A stretch of 63,454 bases of DNA, counting the filler, from Octopus bimaculoides (Eukaryota), in the NCBI RefSeq assembly GCF_001194135.2. It is 6 parts of 5 records of this genome, joined end to end, with 100 filler letters (N's around TTAATTAATTAA, not from the genome) between each part and the next. Parts side by side here need not be neighbours in the genome. Positions count along the whole stretch, not along the records: positions 11,403 to 26,313 come from NC_068985.1; 5 more parts are not named here. One strand, written 5' to 3'. A program made the position numbers and the translations under genes. The first letter of the stretch is position 1, and the number at the start of each line of letters is the position of its first letter. The notes under the pieces are model-generated. The model was not told where the DNA came from. It worked only from the letters and a program-made list of their open reading frames with translations, and made no database searches. Below are positions 13,867 through 25,130 of this stretch, piece by piece.

Positions 13867-13889
13867 TATATATCACCCCCCTCCCCACA

Positions 13890-14220
13890 AGATTTTTGTC
13901 TTGTAAGTTACTTGGTGACTCTGTCAGTGCAGGTATCACTTAAAAAGCATCCAGTCCACATTGTAAAGTGGTTGGCATTTGGAAGGGTGTCCAGCTGTAA
14001 AAACCTTGCCAAAACTGACCTTGCCTGTGGTTGTGCCACATAAAAATCACTAAGTCCACTCTGCTGGGTTGTTAGTGTTAGGAAGGGCATTCAGCTGTAA
14101 AAATCCTGCCAAAACAGTCACAGAAATCTGGTGCAGGCTTCTGATTGGCTGGCTTCTATCAAATCACCACCGCTCATGCCAGCATGGAAGGCAGATGTTA
14201 AATGATGATGATGATGATAA
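13890..14220 (+). mobile_element. RTE-type 3'UTR copy (rearranged, core duplicated)
   Basis: Same core and (GAT)n tail as its neighbours. Confidence 0.7.
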
Positions 14221-14234
14221 TACATATATATATC

Positions 14235-14846
14235 TGCTGTGTGCAAGAGAGAAGACTACACTGGTTTGGTTATATGATGTGGATGGATGCTCCATAAAGA
14301 AGTGCCGATCTCTCAAAGTAGATGGAGCACATGGCAGTGGAAAACCCAGGAAGACATGGGATGAAGTGCTGAAGAACGACCTCAGAACACTGAACCTTGC
14401 AGGTGAGATGTCAAAGATTGAGATGCCGGGTGCCTTGTAATTAAGAAAAAGTGTACTCTGCAGCAGAAGTCTCTCTGGTGGTGTAAAGCACTCATGATGG
14501 TGTCACATAAAGTGCCTGTTCAGTGCCATGTAAAAGCGCCTGTATGGCGACACATTAAGGTGCCCATGTAGTGTCATATAAAAACATCCATGTAGTTCCA
14601 CATAAAAACACCTGTGCAGTGCCATGTAAAAGCACCTGTATGGTGCCATGTTAAAGCATCTGTGTGATACCGCATAAAAGCACCCAGCACAATCTGTAAA
14701 GTGGTTGGCATTAGGTAGGGCATCTGGCTGTAGGAACCATGCCAAATCAGACTGAAGTCTGGTGCAGCTTGCCAGATCTGGGCAAAGTATCCAACCCATG
14801 CCAGCATGAACAATAGACATTAAATGATGACAATGATGATGATGAT
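14235..14846 (+). mobile_element. 5'-truncated RTE LINE (ORF C-terminus plus 3'UTR)
   Basis: Peptide ..DGCSIKKCRSLKVDGAHGSGKPRKTWDEVLKNDLRTLNL is typical of an RTE C-terminus; ~22-bp tandem units at 14505-14690; (GAT)n tail. Confidence 0.8.
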
Positions 14847-14966
14847 CTTAAGCACAGCACTTAGAACTGTATCTGATTACACAGGGAAAGTATAGGATAT
14901 AAATAAAACTACTGAAACAATAAAAATAATATTATAAAATTCAGTTAAAATGTATGAAGTTCTCAC

Positions 14967-15101
14967 CTGGCAAATCCAAGTTGTTTACAGGCTACATTGG
15001 CATCCTTCATATCCCAGTTGTCATCACAGACATAACCCCAGCTGTTGTTACGGTAAATACTTATCAGACCAGCATTGTAGAAAGAGGTGTTACCAACGAG
15101 C
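14967..15101 (-). CDS. Coding exon 3 of a secreted SRCR-domain protein (first half of the SRCR domain)
   Basis: Acceptor tttgttttgcag, donor AG|gtgaga, 135 nt; translates (R)LVGNTSFYNAGLISIYRNNSWGYVCDDNWDMKDANVACKQLGFA(R), a canonical SRCR pattern (WG.VCDD.W...DA.V.C.QLGF). Confidence 0.92.
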
Positions 15102-15448
15102 CTGCAAAACAAATGTAGTTTGATTTACATTAATATCAACTGTTTTTATTTGTTGTATGTAACTCATTGTACGAATATAACAATGAACCAGGGAGGAAGG
15201 GCACAAGATAGTAGAGTACTGGTTAAGTTGGTAGGATACTAAGACCAAGTTGATAGGGTGCTATCCAAGTTTGTTGGGTAATGACTAAACTGGCAGGTTG
15301 TGGACCTTGTCTGTAGTTCCTGTCAATAACATGGACCTGGTCCCATGGTCAATATACATAGCTCTCAATGTCCCAGTCTGTTTTGCAGTTCCCTGCATTG
15401 TAAATTGGCATTGCAACATCAGTTGCCTTGAAATAATAACAATATATA

Positions 15449-15625
15449 GGCCACAGGCATAACTGTGTGGTTAAGATGTATGCATTGTAACCATGTAGCT
15501 TTGGGTTCAATACCATTACACAGCACTTTGGGCAAGTGTGTTCTGTTAATGCCCCAAGTCAACCAATGTCTTGAGCTAACTTGGTTGGCAGAAACTGAGT
15601 GGAAGTCAATTGTATATATATGTAC
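15449..15625 (+). mobile_element. tRNA-derived SINE 5' half
   Basis: Diverged copy of the head and body found in reverse at 21230-21380; B-box gggttcaatacc; runs into (TA)n and a gap. Confidence 0.7.
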
Positions 15626-15655
15626 ATATATATGCTTGTGTGTGTGTGTGAGTGT

Positions 15656-15702
<47 letters not shown>

Positions 15703-16125
15703 NNNNNNNNNNNNNNNNNNNNNNNNNNNNNNNNNNNNNNNNNNNNNNNNNNNNNNNNNNNNNNNNNNNNNNNNNNNNNNNNNNNNNNNNNNNNNNNNNN
15801 NNNNNNNNNNNNNNNNNNNNNNNNNNNNNNNNNNNNNNNNNNNNNNNNNNNNNNNNNNNNNNNNNNNNNNNNNNNNNNNNNNNNNNNNNNNNNNNNNNNN
15901 NNNNNNNNNNNNNNNNNNNNNNNNNNNNNNNNNNNNNNNNNNNNNNNNNNNNNNNNNNNNNNNNNNNNNNNNNNNNNNNNNNNNNNNNNNNNNNNNNNNN
16001 NNNNNNNNNNNNNNNNNNNNNNNNNNNNNNNNNNNNNNNNNNNNNNNNNNNNNNNNNNNNNNNNNNNNNNNNNNNNNNNNNNNNNNNNNNNNNNNNNNNN
16101 NNNNNNNNNNNNNNNNNNNNNNNNN

Positions 16126-16173
<48 letters not shown>

Positions 16174-16179
16174 CATTAC

Positions 16180-16490
16180 CAGCGTTGCCTTACTGGCATG
16201 TGAAAAACAACAGTCGAGCGAGGTCGTTGCCAGTGCCGCTGGACTGGCTCCTGTGCAGGTGGCACATAAAAAACATCATTCAAGTGTGGCCGCTGCCAGT
16301 ACCGCCTGACTGGCCCTCGTGCCAGTGGCATGTAAAAGCACCCACTACATTCTTGGAAGGGCATCCAGCTGTAGAAACTCTGCCAGATCAGATTGGAGAC
16401 TGGTGTAGCTATCTGACTTGCCAGTCCTCAGTCAAACCGTCCAACTCATGCCAGCATGGAAAGCGGACGTTAAACGATGATGATGATAAT
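16180..16490 (+). mobile_element. RTE-type 3'UTR copy
   Basis: Tandem gccagtgcc units, gggcatccagctgtagaaac core, gccagcatggaaagcggacgttaaacgatgatgatg tail. Confidence 0.75.
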
Positions 16491-16759
16491 GAAGATATTT
16501 ATATGTTTGTGTGCATCATTGTATTCATACTTGTCCCCTAACATTGCTTGACAACCAGTGTTAGTTTGTTTACACTGCCATAACTTAGTGGTTTGGCAAA
16601 AGAAACTGAATATATATTTTATTATTTCTTTTAACATCTAAAATAGTTGTTGGCTGGTTTGACTAGTTTTTGGAAATTCTTGATATGTAAATCATAATTG
16701 TTTTTATATCTGATTTGCGAGATTCTTTATGTGAATCTGTGTGTTGAAAAAACTTTTGT

Positions 16760-16948
16760 GTGTCGGAAGAGTCATTGTGCCAGTATTATCGACAAACTCA
16801 AGGTGACGAGCAGGTAGGAATGTTAACTCAATGGAGCAACATGAAATAAAGTGATTTGCTCAAGAACACAATGAATTGCTTGGTCCAGGGATCGAAACCA
16901 CAATCTTATGTCATGAATCCAACACCCTAACCACTAAGCCACATGCCT
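16760..16948 (-). mobile_element. tRNA-derived SINE
   Basis: Reverse complement gives ggcatgtggcttagtggttagggtgttgg...gtggtttcgatccct (A and B boxes). Confidence 0.7.
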
Positions 16949-17006
16949 GATGATTTAGGGAACTTAGAAAAATTGTAAAATGTTGAGAATGTTTTGTCAA
17001 TCTTAC

Positions 17007-17068
17007 CGGATATAGTTATGGCCAAGGGGCTCATAAATGATAGCTTTACGTTCAGATTCATGTGGAAG
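17007..17068 (-). CDS. Coding exon 2 of the SRCR-domain protein
   Basis: Acceptor ttttcattttgttctag, donor CG|gtaaga, 62 nt, phase 0 to 2; LPHESERKAIIYEPLGHNYI(R) joins exon 3 to give the canonical SRCR start YIRLVG. Confidence 0.85.
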
Positions 17069-18789
17069 CTAGAACAAAATGAAAATTTTATATTAATTTA
17101 TTTTACACACTCATACACACACACACATACATATACACACACATGCACATGCACACACACATGCATACAAAGGTGCACACATGCACACATTTCAATATTT
17201 CACTTTAGCATAGTGGTAGTAATAACCAGCTTTTAGAACTCAATACACGCATTAACTATAAAGTCAGCATTTTTAACCCTGAAAAAAAGAAAAACTATAG
17301 TTCCTGGCTTCTAAAGTCCTCAAGAACCTCCCCCCCCCACCCAAGCTGCTTTTATAGTTTTGACACTTTTTAACCCTTTAGTGTTTAAACCGGCCTAAAC
17401 CCGTTGTATCTAATTCCTCAACGAAATCTTTTAAAAAATAAACAAATTACGTTAGTGAATTCTTGTAGCTTTGAGATAATGTGAGGCTTTTTCTTCCAGA
17501 AAGCACAGAACTGGGANNNNNNNNNNNNNNNNNNNNNNNNNNNNNNNNNNNNNNNNNNNNNNNNNNNNNNNNNNNNNNNNNNNNNNNNNNNNNNNNNNNN
17601 NNNNNNNNNNNNNNNNNNNNNNNNNNNNNNNNNNNNNNNNNNNNNNNNNNNNNNNNNNNNNNNNNNNNNNNNNNNNNNNNNNNNNNNNNNNNNNNNNNNN
17701 NNNNNNNNNNNNNNNNNNNNNNNNNNNNNNNNNNNNNNNNNNNNNNNNNGAAAGCATGCAAAATAACCTGGAAAAGAAAAAAAAGACCCGTGAAACAAAA
17801 CTCCCTTTGTAGGAAACTTCGAGGTCCCCATCACCCTTCCCACCTTGCTTTTCTGGAAAAAAGTGGCTTGCAGAGGGTTTGGAGGTTAGATACGTTGAAT
17901 ACACGGGAAAAAAACCGTGGAAAAAAAATTATTTCACACCGAGGTATGAAATGTTTACCGAAAGAATAAAATTTTGTACCAATTATACCTGTATTTTAAT
18001 TAATTCAAATTAATGTACCTCATCTTGAAAAGTAGCAAAGTTTTTGTCGGTTGCCATCTGGGATAATTTTAGTAACAAATCAAACAAGCAAGATGCATTA
18101 AGAATTTCAATTTTAATGTTTATCCGTAATATTATAGCTTTTACACCTATTAATTAAATTTACCTGGCCATAAAAGTCAAATTTACTCAGAAAGATCAGC
18201 TAAAACTACATAACAATAAACCAGTGGTATATAAAGCACCCACTGACAAAGTTTCAAATCTGTACGTAAAAATGTTACAAAGTTACAAGCAAATATTGTG
18301 GACACCCCTCTTGAACCTGAATGATTCAAAATAACGTGAACAAATAAGCATTATATTTGGCAGATTAATATGAACACTAAAACTGTTTTTAGGCGTCTTT
18401 TTTTCTTGCACACACACATAACATCATCATTCCATAAAATTTGTTTATGGGGAGAAAAATAATTAAAAACATCAATAGATGTGTGAGTGAGAAAGAAACG
18501 AGGAGGGAGGTTTAGAGATGTGGCAGAAATAACAGCCAGATCTCCCTTAAATCACACATCTTTCCTCTGAAAATTTTTTAAAACTGAAAAATGTTTCTCT
18601 CACAGGTTTTAAGTATGTAGTGAAAAAAAAAATGGCCAAAATCGTTTCGTACTGGCGTGGTGATAGGGGTTCCTATAAGGTTGTTATCCACCCCTGATTG
18701 GAAATCTCCCGTATGACATGTATGCATGCTCAGTGACTTGCTTTAACTTCCGCAGACTAACGACTCACATACTGTACTGACCGGTTAAT

Positions 18790-19056
18790 ATGTCTCCGAA
18801 GAAATCACGCAAATACTGCTGTATATGCAGCCACTATAGAGGAAAGAATGTAGACACCAAAGTTATTTCACTACATAGATATCCTGCAAACGTAGCTATT
18901 CGTCGTATTTGGCTTCAGAGATCGCGACTTGTGAGGAAAGACTTTGTTTACACTGCAAATAGCCAAATGTGTTCCCAGCATTTCGTCAATTTTAATGGAC
19001 CATCGAAAGATCACCCCTTGCCATCCGTTTTTCCAAACAAAGTATTTAAAATATCA
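18790..19056 (+). CDS. THAP zinc-finger domain exon (transposase N-terminus of a DNA transposon)
   Basis: MSPKKSRKYCCICSHY..LHRYP..W..CSQHF..P.VF fits the C2CH THAP signature; ends at donor TCA|gtaagt (phase 0); downstream sequence lost in a gap. Confidence 0.8.
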
Positions 19057-19716
19057 GTAAGTGCATGATCATATACGCAGTTAGTAGATGAGTGAAATGT
19101 CTCTTTGATTTATCTCCTCATTAACAAATTAGAACATGTTAAAATTCAAGAGGGAAACAAATTCGAGTGGTGTACGTTGGGCTAAACACGAATGTTTAAT
19201 CTAATAATTGTTNNNNNNNNNNNNNNNNNNNNNNNNNNNNNNNNNNNNNNNNNNNNNNNNNNNNNNNNNNNNNNNNNNNNNNNNNNNNNNNNNNNNNNNN
19301 NNNNNNNNNNNNNNNNNNNNNNNNNNNNNNNNNNNNNNNNNNNNNNNNNNNNNNNNNNNNNNNNNNNNNNNNNNNNNNNNNNNNNNNNNNNNNNNNNNNN
19401 NNNNNNNNNNNNNNNNNNNNNNNNNNNNNNNNNNNNNNNNNNNNNNNNNNNNNNNNNNNNNNNNNNNNNNNNNNNNNNNNNNNNNNNNNNNNNNNNNNNN
19501 NNNNNNNNNNNNNNNNNNNNNNNNNNNNNNNNNNNNNNNNNNNNNNNNNNNNNNNNNNNNNNNNNNNNNNNNNNNNNNNNNNNNNNNNNNNNNNNNNNNN
19601 NNNNNNNNNNNNNNNNNNNNNNNNNNNNNNNNNNNNNNNNNNNNNNNNNNNNNNNNNNNNNNNNTATAGTGTGACTGTCCCTACCTCTTCTACACCTCAT
19701 CATGCTCATGGCCAAA

Positions 19717-20004
19717 TCAGTGAATGGTTGCTGAAAGCAGATTGGGATCAGGCAATACTTCACCGAGAGGAGATATAAGCTTCTGCTTATTCCTGTCTGA
19801 AGTATCGTCCGATACTTCAGACTTATCGTCCGATGAATTTACTTTGTTGACATTCTTCATCGACAGAATTTTTATACCTTTCAACCTTTCAGTCGAGTCC
19901 GCCTTTCTTCCAGTAATATACTGTCCATATAATCTTAAATATTTCTTTAACTCAGGCACAGTAAGTACTTCGATAGCTGAATCATCGAGCTGCTTTATAT
20001 CCAT
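19717..20004 (-). pseudogene. SAP-domain protein N-terminus (second gene of the same transposon relic, ISL2EU/Harbinger-like or similar)
   Basis: LTVPELKKYLRLYGQYITGRKAD..ERL fits a SAP motif, followed by LPDP; premature stop then gap. Convergent with the THAP exon. Confidence 0.6.
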
Positions 20005-20269
20005 GATAAGACGTAAAACAATAACAATAGCGTGCATAGTCTGCGGAAGTTTAATTGTCTACATGGAGCGCCGCCTAATCAAAGGAGATAACCTACTTAT
20101 AGGAAAGCCCTATAGGGTGGCGGAAGTGAAAAAATACTTTTCAAACTTTTTTCTTTTTTTTTTTCGTGAAAAGATGCCTCCACTCATTCTGAAGACTTTG
20201 ATGAAAAACATTGGAAAAATGCCCGTCAAAACGAGGAAATCCCAACCTACGTGGTCCGTCTGATCCGAA

Positions 20270-20610
20270 ACTTCGTTTCCCAGAAACTCCCCACCACCCT
20301 TGTCAAAGATTTTGCCAACAAATTTCTTTTGTAATCGTAATCTATACCATTTGAAAGGTATCTGTATGAAATTTCATTAAAAAATACCTTTTTTCCAGAA
20401 AGTTATGAGGGGGAAATGTCGAGTCCTGTGAATTTTCCGAAACTCCTCTCCCCAACCCCTCGAAAAAATTTTTGCAACAAATCTTTACATCCCCTCAATC
20501 TACAGTATACAAACGATTGTTTGGTGAAAGTTTCGTTAAAAAGTATACATTTTTCTGGAAGTTATGAGGCGACAAAGTCGGTGGGGTATTAAACTGTAGT
20601 TATGCCCTTT
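20270..20610. repeat. Two diverged ~160-bp tandem subterminal repeats
   Basis: aaactcccc...tttgc.aacaaat...tgaaa.tttc.ttaaaaa...tttt.c.gaa.gttatgagg occurs twice; ends ggtggggtattaaactgtagttatgccc. Confidence 0.6.
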
Positions 20611-20616
20611 TCAATA

Positions 20617-20757
20617 AAAGTTAACGTTAACGGATTAACGTTAACTTCCGTTACATTTGCAAAGAATTAACGGATTAACGATTAACGTAGTTAACTTTTT
20701 GATTAATGGATTAATGATTAACGAAGTTAGCTTTTCAATTAACGTTGCCCACTTCTG
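20617..20757 (-). mobile_element. One end of a hAT-like DNA transposon with dense TTAACG subterminal motifs
   Basis: Terminal reverse complement CAGAAGTGGGCAACGTTAA resembles hAT TIRs (CAG.GGTGGGCAA); many TTAACG/GTTAAC copies. Confidence 0.5.
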
Positions 20758-21022
20758 TATATATGTATATATGTATGTGTGTGTGTGTGTATATATATNN
20801 NNNNNNNNNNNNNNNNNNNNNNNNNNNNNNNNNNNNNNNNNNNNNNNNNNNNNNNNNNNNNNNNNNNNNNNNNNNNNNNNNNNNNNNNNNNNNNNNNNNN
20901 NNNNNNNNNNNNNNNNNNNNNNNNNNNNNNNNNNNNNNNNNNNNNNNNNNNNNNNNNNNNNNNNNNNNNNNNNNNNNNNNNNNNNNNNNNNNNNNNNNNN
21001 NNNNNNNNNNNNNNNNNNNNNN

Positions 21023-21179
21023 GCACCGCCTTTAGTCGAGCAAATCGACCCCAGGACTTATTCTTTGGATGCCTAGTACTTATTCTATCGGTCTCTTTTG
21101 CCGAACCGCTAAGTTACGGGGACATAAACACACCAGCATCGGTTGTCAAGCGATGTTGGGGGGACAAATACAGACATAC

Positions 21180-21210
<31 letters not shown>

Positions 21211-21380
21211 CATATATACGACGGGCTTCTTTCAGTTTCCGTCTACCAAATCCACTCACAAGGCTTTGGTCGGCCCGAGGCTATAGTAGAAGACATTTGC
21301 CCAAGGTGCCACGCAGTGGGAATGAACCCAGAACCATGTGGTTGGTAAGCAAGCTACTTACCACACAGCCACTCCTGCCC
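21023..21380 (-). mobile_element. Near full-length tRNA-derived SINE with an internal (TA/CA) microsatellite
   Basis: Head ggcaggagtggctgtgtggtaag..ggttctgggttcattccc, central domain, microsatellite, 3' module as at 266-450. Confidence 0.85.
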
Positions 21381-21650
21381 TGCATATGTATGTATGCCTA
21401 TGTATGTATGCATATATATATATATATATATATATATGTTTGTGTCATGTGTGAATGTGTGTGTGTATGTACATGTTTCATATATTTTATTGTCATTTTA
21501 TTTCCCCAAATGTTGTATAAAGAGAAAACATAAACAAAATGGAATGGAAAGGATGATAAAATACAATAGAATAAATAGTGGAAGAGAAATTAATTTTGAA
21601 GAAGTTAGGAATTCAAAGACATCTCATTTGACTAAAGACATTTACCAATC

Positions 21651-21686
<36 letters not shown>

Positions 21687-21734
21687 CATCTAATAATATT
21701 TTTACTTCCAGTACACATTCTTCCAATCACTTAC

Positions 21735-21809
21735 CTGCTTCATGGCTTCTATTTTATTCACGAACAATGCAAGAACAAGAATTACACGAACAAAAATTGA
21801 TAACTTCAT
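21735..21809 (-). CDS. Coding exon 1 of the SRCR-domain protein (signal peptide)
   Basis: ATG at 21809; MKLSIFVRVILVLALFVNKIEAMKQ (hydrophobic core, AxA-like cleavage); donor CAG|gtaagt, phase 0, matching exon 2. Confidence 0.85.
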
Positions 21810-21980
21810 CCTGTTCCCTATCTCACTTAAAGCTCAAGTCTCTCTGCTAACAGTTGTCAAGCGAGCCACTTTTCTCCTCCAGTTTACTTCTACACTGCTA
21901 CTGTCACCATCACCAACAAACTATCAACTTCTTTTTCTTTCTTAACTGGTAACTTCATTTTCTTCTGCTGTTTTTAAAAT
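21810..21980 (-). other. 5'UTR part of the same exon
   Basis: Acceptor ctgtcctcattttag at 21981; no in-frame upstream ATG; implies a further upstream non-coding exon. Confidence 0.55.
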
Positions 21981-22454
21981 CTAAAATGAGGACAGTATTG
22001 CTACTCTCATTTGGAAAGATATCAACACCAGCAATTTGATACAAACTTTGTTTTTATGTCATGCACAAAAAAAAAAAAAAAATGCATTGGGCATACTACA
22101 TGGGGCATATATGAGCTTGAGTGTGTTTATGCATGCGCATGCGTGTGTGTATTTATCTCTTTCAGTATCTCTCTCTCTCTCTCTCTCTCTGAGGTTATTG
22201 AGAAGACTCACCCACTCTGGTGAAACTGAATTCTAGAAAAGCTGTGTGTTCTAACTATATGTAGCAATAAGACTTTTGGTACACTCTACCCCAGCAAACC
22301 AAACTACATCTCTTCTCTTCCACACATTTCTTCTTTTATAGTTATGCTTATCTCTTGCTCCCCAATACTGTCCTCACTACTCTGCTCCCTGTATCATTGC
22401 CAGCATGGAAAATGGACATTGAATGATGATGATGATCATTATCATCATATATAT

Positions 22455-22690
22455 CATCATCATCATCATCATTTAACATCCATTTTCAATGCTGGCATGG
22501 GTTGGATGGTTTGACTAGAGCTAGCAAGCTGGAAAACTGCACAGGGCTCCAACCTGATTTAGTATGGCTTCTACAGCTGGATGCCCTTCCTATCACAAAC
22601 CACTTACAGAATGTGCTGAGTGCTTTTACATGACACTGCATGAATACTTATACATGGCACAGGCACATGTGCTTTTTACGTGGTACCATA
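22455..22690 (-). mobile_element. RTE-type 3'UTR copy, tail-to-tail with a plus-strand tail fragment at 22385-22440
   Basis: Reverse complement of the shared core and (GAT)n tail. Confidence 0.7.
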
Positions 22691-22770
<80 letters not shown>

Positions 22771-24149
22771 CATATATATTTAATTATTTATACACATACG
22801 CACACTCGCACGCTCACATGTATGTATCCATATATATATGTATGTGTATGCATGTATGTATGTATGTATGTATGTATGTATGTATGTCACTAAGCATTTT
22901 GTCTGATGTGCTTGAAACAACAATATTCATAATTCAATACAATCAAAATCATCTACCCTTTTGATCATCGGAAATAGACACAAATAGTTGTGTAATGCAT
23001 TAGCTTGTTTCTTTGCCACATTCACAATTAAAAAATTGGTATATGTCCCATAATTCTCTTCTCCAATCAACAGAAGAAATATCAATTTACGCATTGACTA
23101 GAACTACTTCCAGACGTTCCCTTGAGAGCATAAAGAAACCGTGGTAATGCAGAGATACATGTCCTTTTTCCTCTCTCACTTATAGTTGAAGAACTAAGAG
23201 CCACTTTTATTGGTCACATTATTCTATTGAACCATTTTTTCTAGTCAAATGGTTCCTGTTTAGAACCTGTTTGTCGTGGCACCATTTATGAACCCTGCCC
23301 TCCCCCCAAAAAACTGATACTTCTTCACTATTCTTCCTTTCCGTTTTTGTTTCATTGGGCAACAAATGTCCATGAGTTTATGTGTACATGTGTATAAAGT
23401 AGAGAGCTGGCAGAGTTGTTACTACACTGGACAAAATACTCAGTAGTGTTTCTCCCAGTTTTTTACACCCTGAGTTCAAAGGTTGTCAAGGTTGACTTTG
23501 CTTTTCATTGATAAAATAAAATACTAGTTGAGCACTGGGGTCAATGTAATTGACTTTCCCTGCTCCTCAATATTGCTGGCCTTGTAGCAAAATTAGAAAG
23601 AATTATTTGTATTTATGTCACTAACGACTGTTTTCATTTTTCATGTTGGATTATGCTGTCATATAATTGAATTTCTTTTCATTTTATTTTCCCTGTTGTT
23701 GCATTCAAACTGTTTCTTTCTTTTGGGGGCTGGGAGGAGTTTTCTTTTTCTTTGCAGGAAACCGACTTAAGTTAGATGTAAACTAAGTATGTTTATACAT
23801 CTAACAAATGTCAAGGTCAGGCCTTATCAAACAATAAGTGTGAGAGTAGACGTCCAGTCCATTCTAGAATGTTCCCTATCAAATATGATCAAACAGGAAC
23901 ACTTTTCCTCAGCTATACTCAGTAAATAAATATATATATATACATTCACATAGTTTTGCAACTTAGAAACAGAAAACTATAGCAGCAGCAACAGCAGCAG
24001 TAACTGTAGCAGCAGCAACAGCAACAGTAGTAGTTATTCATACTTTTATCTTGCTTTCAAGATCAATTAATACACAAAGCAACCAACAAAAAGTAAGCTG
24101 TGTGTACATAAACCGCGAAGATAGACATAATACATGCAAAACAAATAAA

Positions 24150-25130
24150 TAGCAGAACAAAACAAGCAAACAGTTGAAAGGCCACAGAATACTGACCAAG
24201 AAACGCAGAACATGAACAGCACAAACAAAAATATAAATGGAAAGGGGTTATAAGGAAGATTTAAATGTAGGAAATATTATAGATGAAAATCATGAAAAAG
24301 ACAACGAAAAGGTGGAAATAATTTTGAAATTAAAAACAATAGAACTTTTCTATAAGAAGATCCCCGTGGACCGACTAATGCACATCACTAAATTGAAACA
24401 ATGACGAAATGACAACAGTAAAATACACAAACTTGACCATCGCAGATTTAATAAAATCCGATATGAGCATCAATATGACCGTATTAACCGAAATAGTATA
24501 TACAGTAGCCACTCTAACAAAAGAAAGTGAGTTTTCCTTCAGATCTACTTCTATAGCAATATCAAAATTCAAGCAAAACAAAATGAAAAACAAATATACA
24601 GAAAAGACAGAAAAAGATTTTTAAAGATCTCTCAGTCCTTAATGAAATCAATAATATGACAACTAAAAGATAAACGTATAGAAATATAAAAAAGAAGAAA
24701 AAGAGAGTATCTGAAATCAAAGAACGCCTGAAACAAGAGATCTGGAAAAAGATTCAAAAATCCGACGGCAGACAAGCGACAGCGAAACTTGGAACAAAAA
24801 CAGTTTGAGTCCAACCCCAAATGATGTCAGTAACAGTTAAGTAAAAATAAAATAGAAACAAATACAACACCGACTGCAAAAGGTGTAGCATTTACAGATG
24901 ATTATAGTCATTGAAAGAATTACTACGAGCAAGATTGTTCTAGACGAACAGTTTTAAAGAAAAATAGAAGAAACAAAAAAGTATACACATATAAAAAGAC
25001 TCAACTGTAAGTACAGAATGCCATGATAAAACGATCGGAAGAGCCTTTACATGGCAACAACCTAACCACTTGACCAGCACCTTCACACACACACGTCATT
25101 AGTCACAAGGCTATGAAAATGCTTCTATGG
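24150..25130 (+). mobile_element. Decayed R4/Dong-like LINE fragment with the RT region deleted
   Basis: Peptides SEIKERLKQEI..IQKIRR..KRQR..KQFESNPK (same region as 2182-2280), then EEPLHG, a post-RT motif of R4-clade proteins. Confidence 0.5.

Noticed and set aside
14505-14690. Regularly spaced ~22-bp repeats resembling a CRISPR array (also the 85-bp array at 12464-12720)
   Set aside because: Contiguous degenerate tandem units without unique spacers, inside eukaryotic transposons; no cas genes.
15285-15345. WD40-like look of MLLTGTTDK
   Set aside because: Too short, no following WD dipeptide and no other repeats nearby; chance resemblance.
15465-16309. Long ORFs containing X runs (also 7401-7743, 17418-17969, 19182-19763, 20657-21348, 45070-46050, 55170-56253)
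   Set aside because: They are open only because N gaps and (TA)/(CA) repeats lack stops.
17750-18000. Possible left terminal repeat of the THAP/SAP element
   Set aside because: Only patchy similarity to 20270-20610, and the gap-adjacent sequence looks low quality (homopolymer runs).
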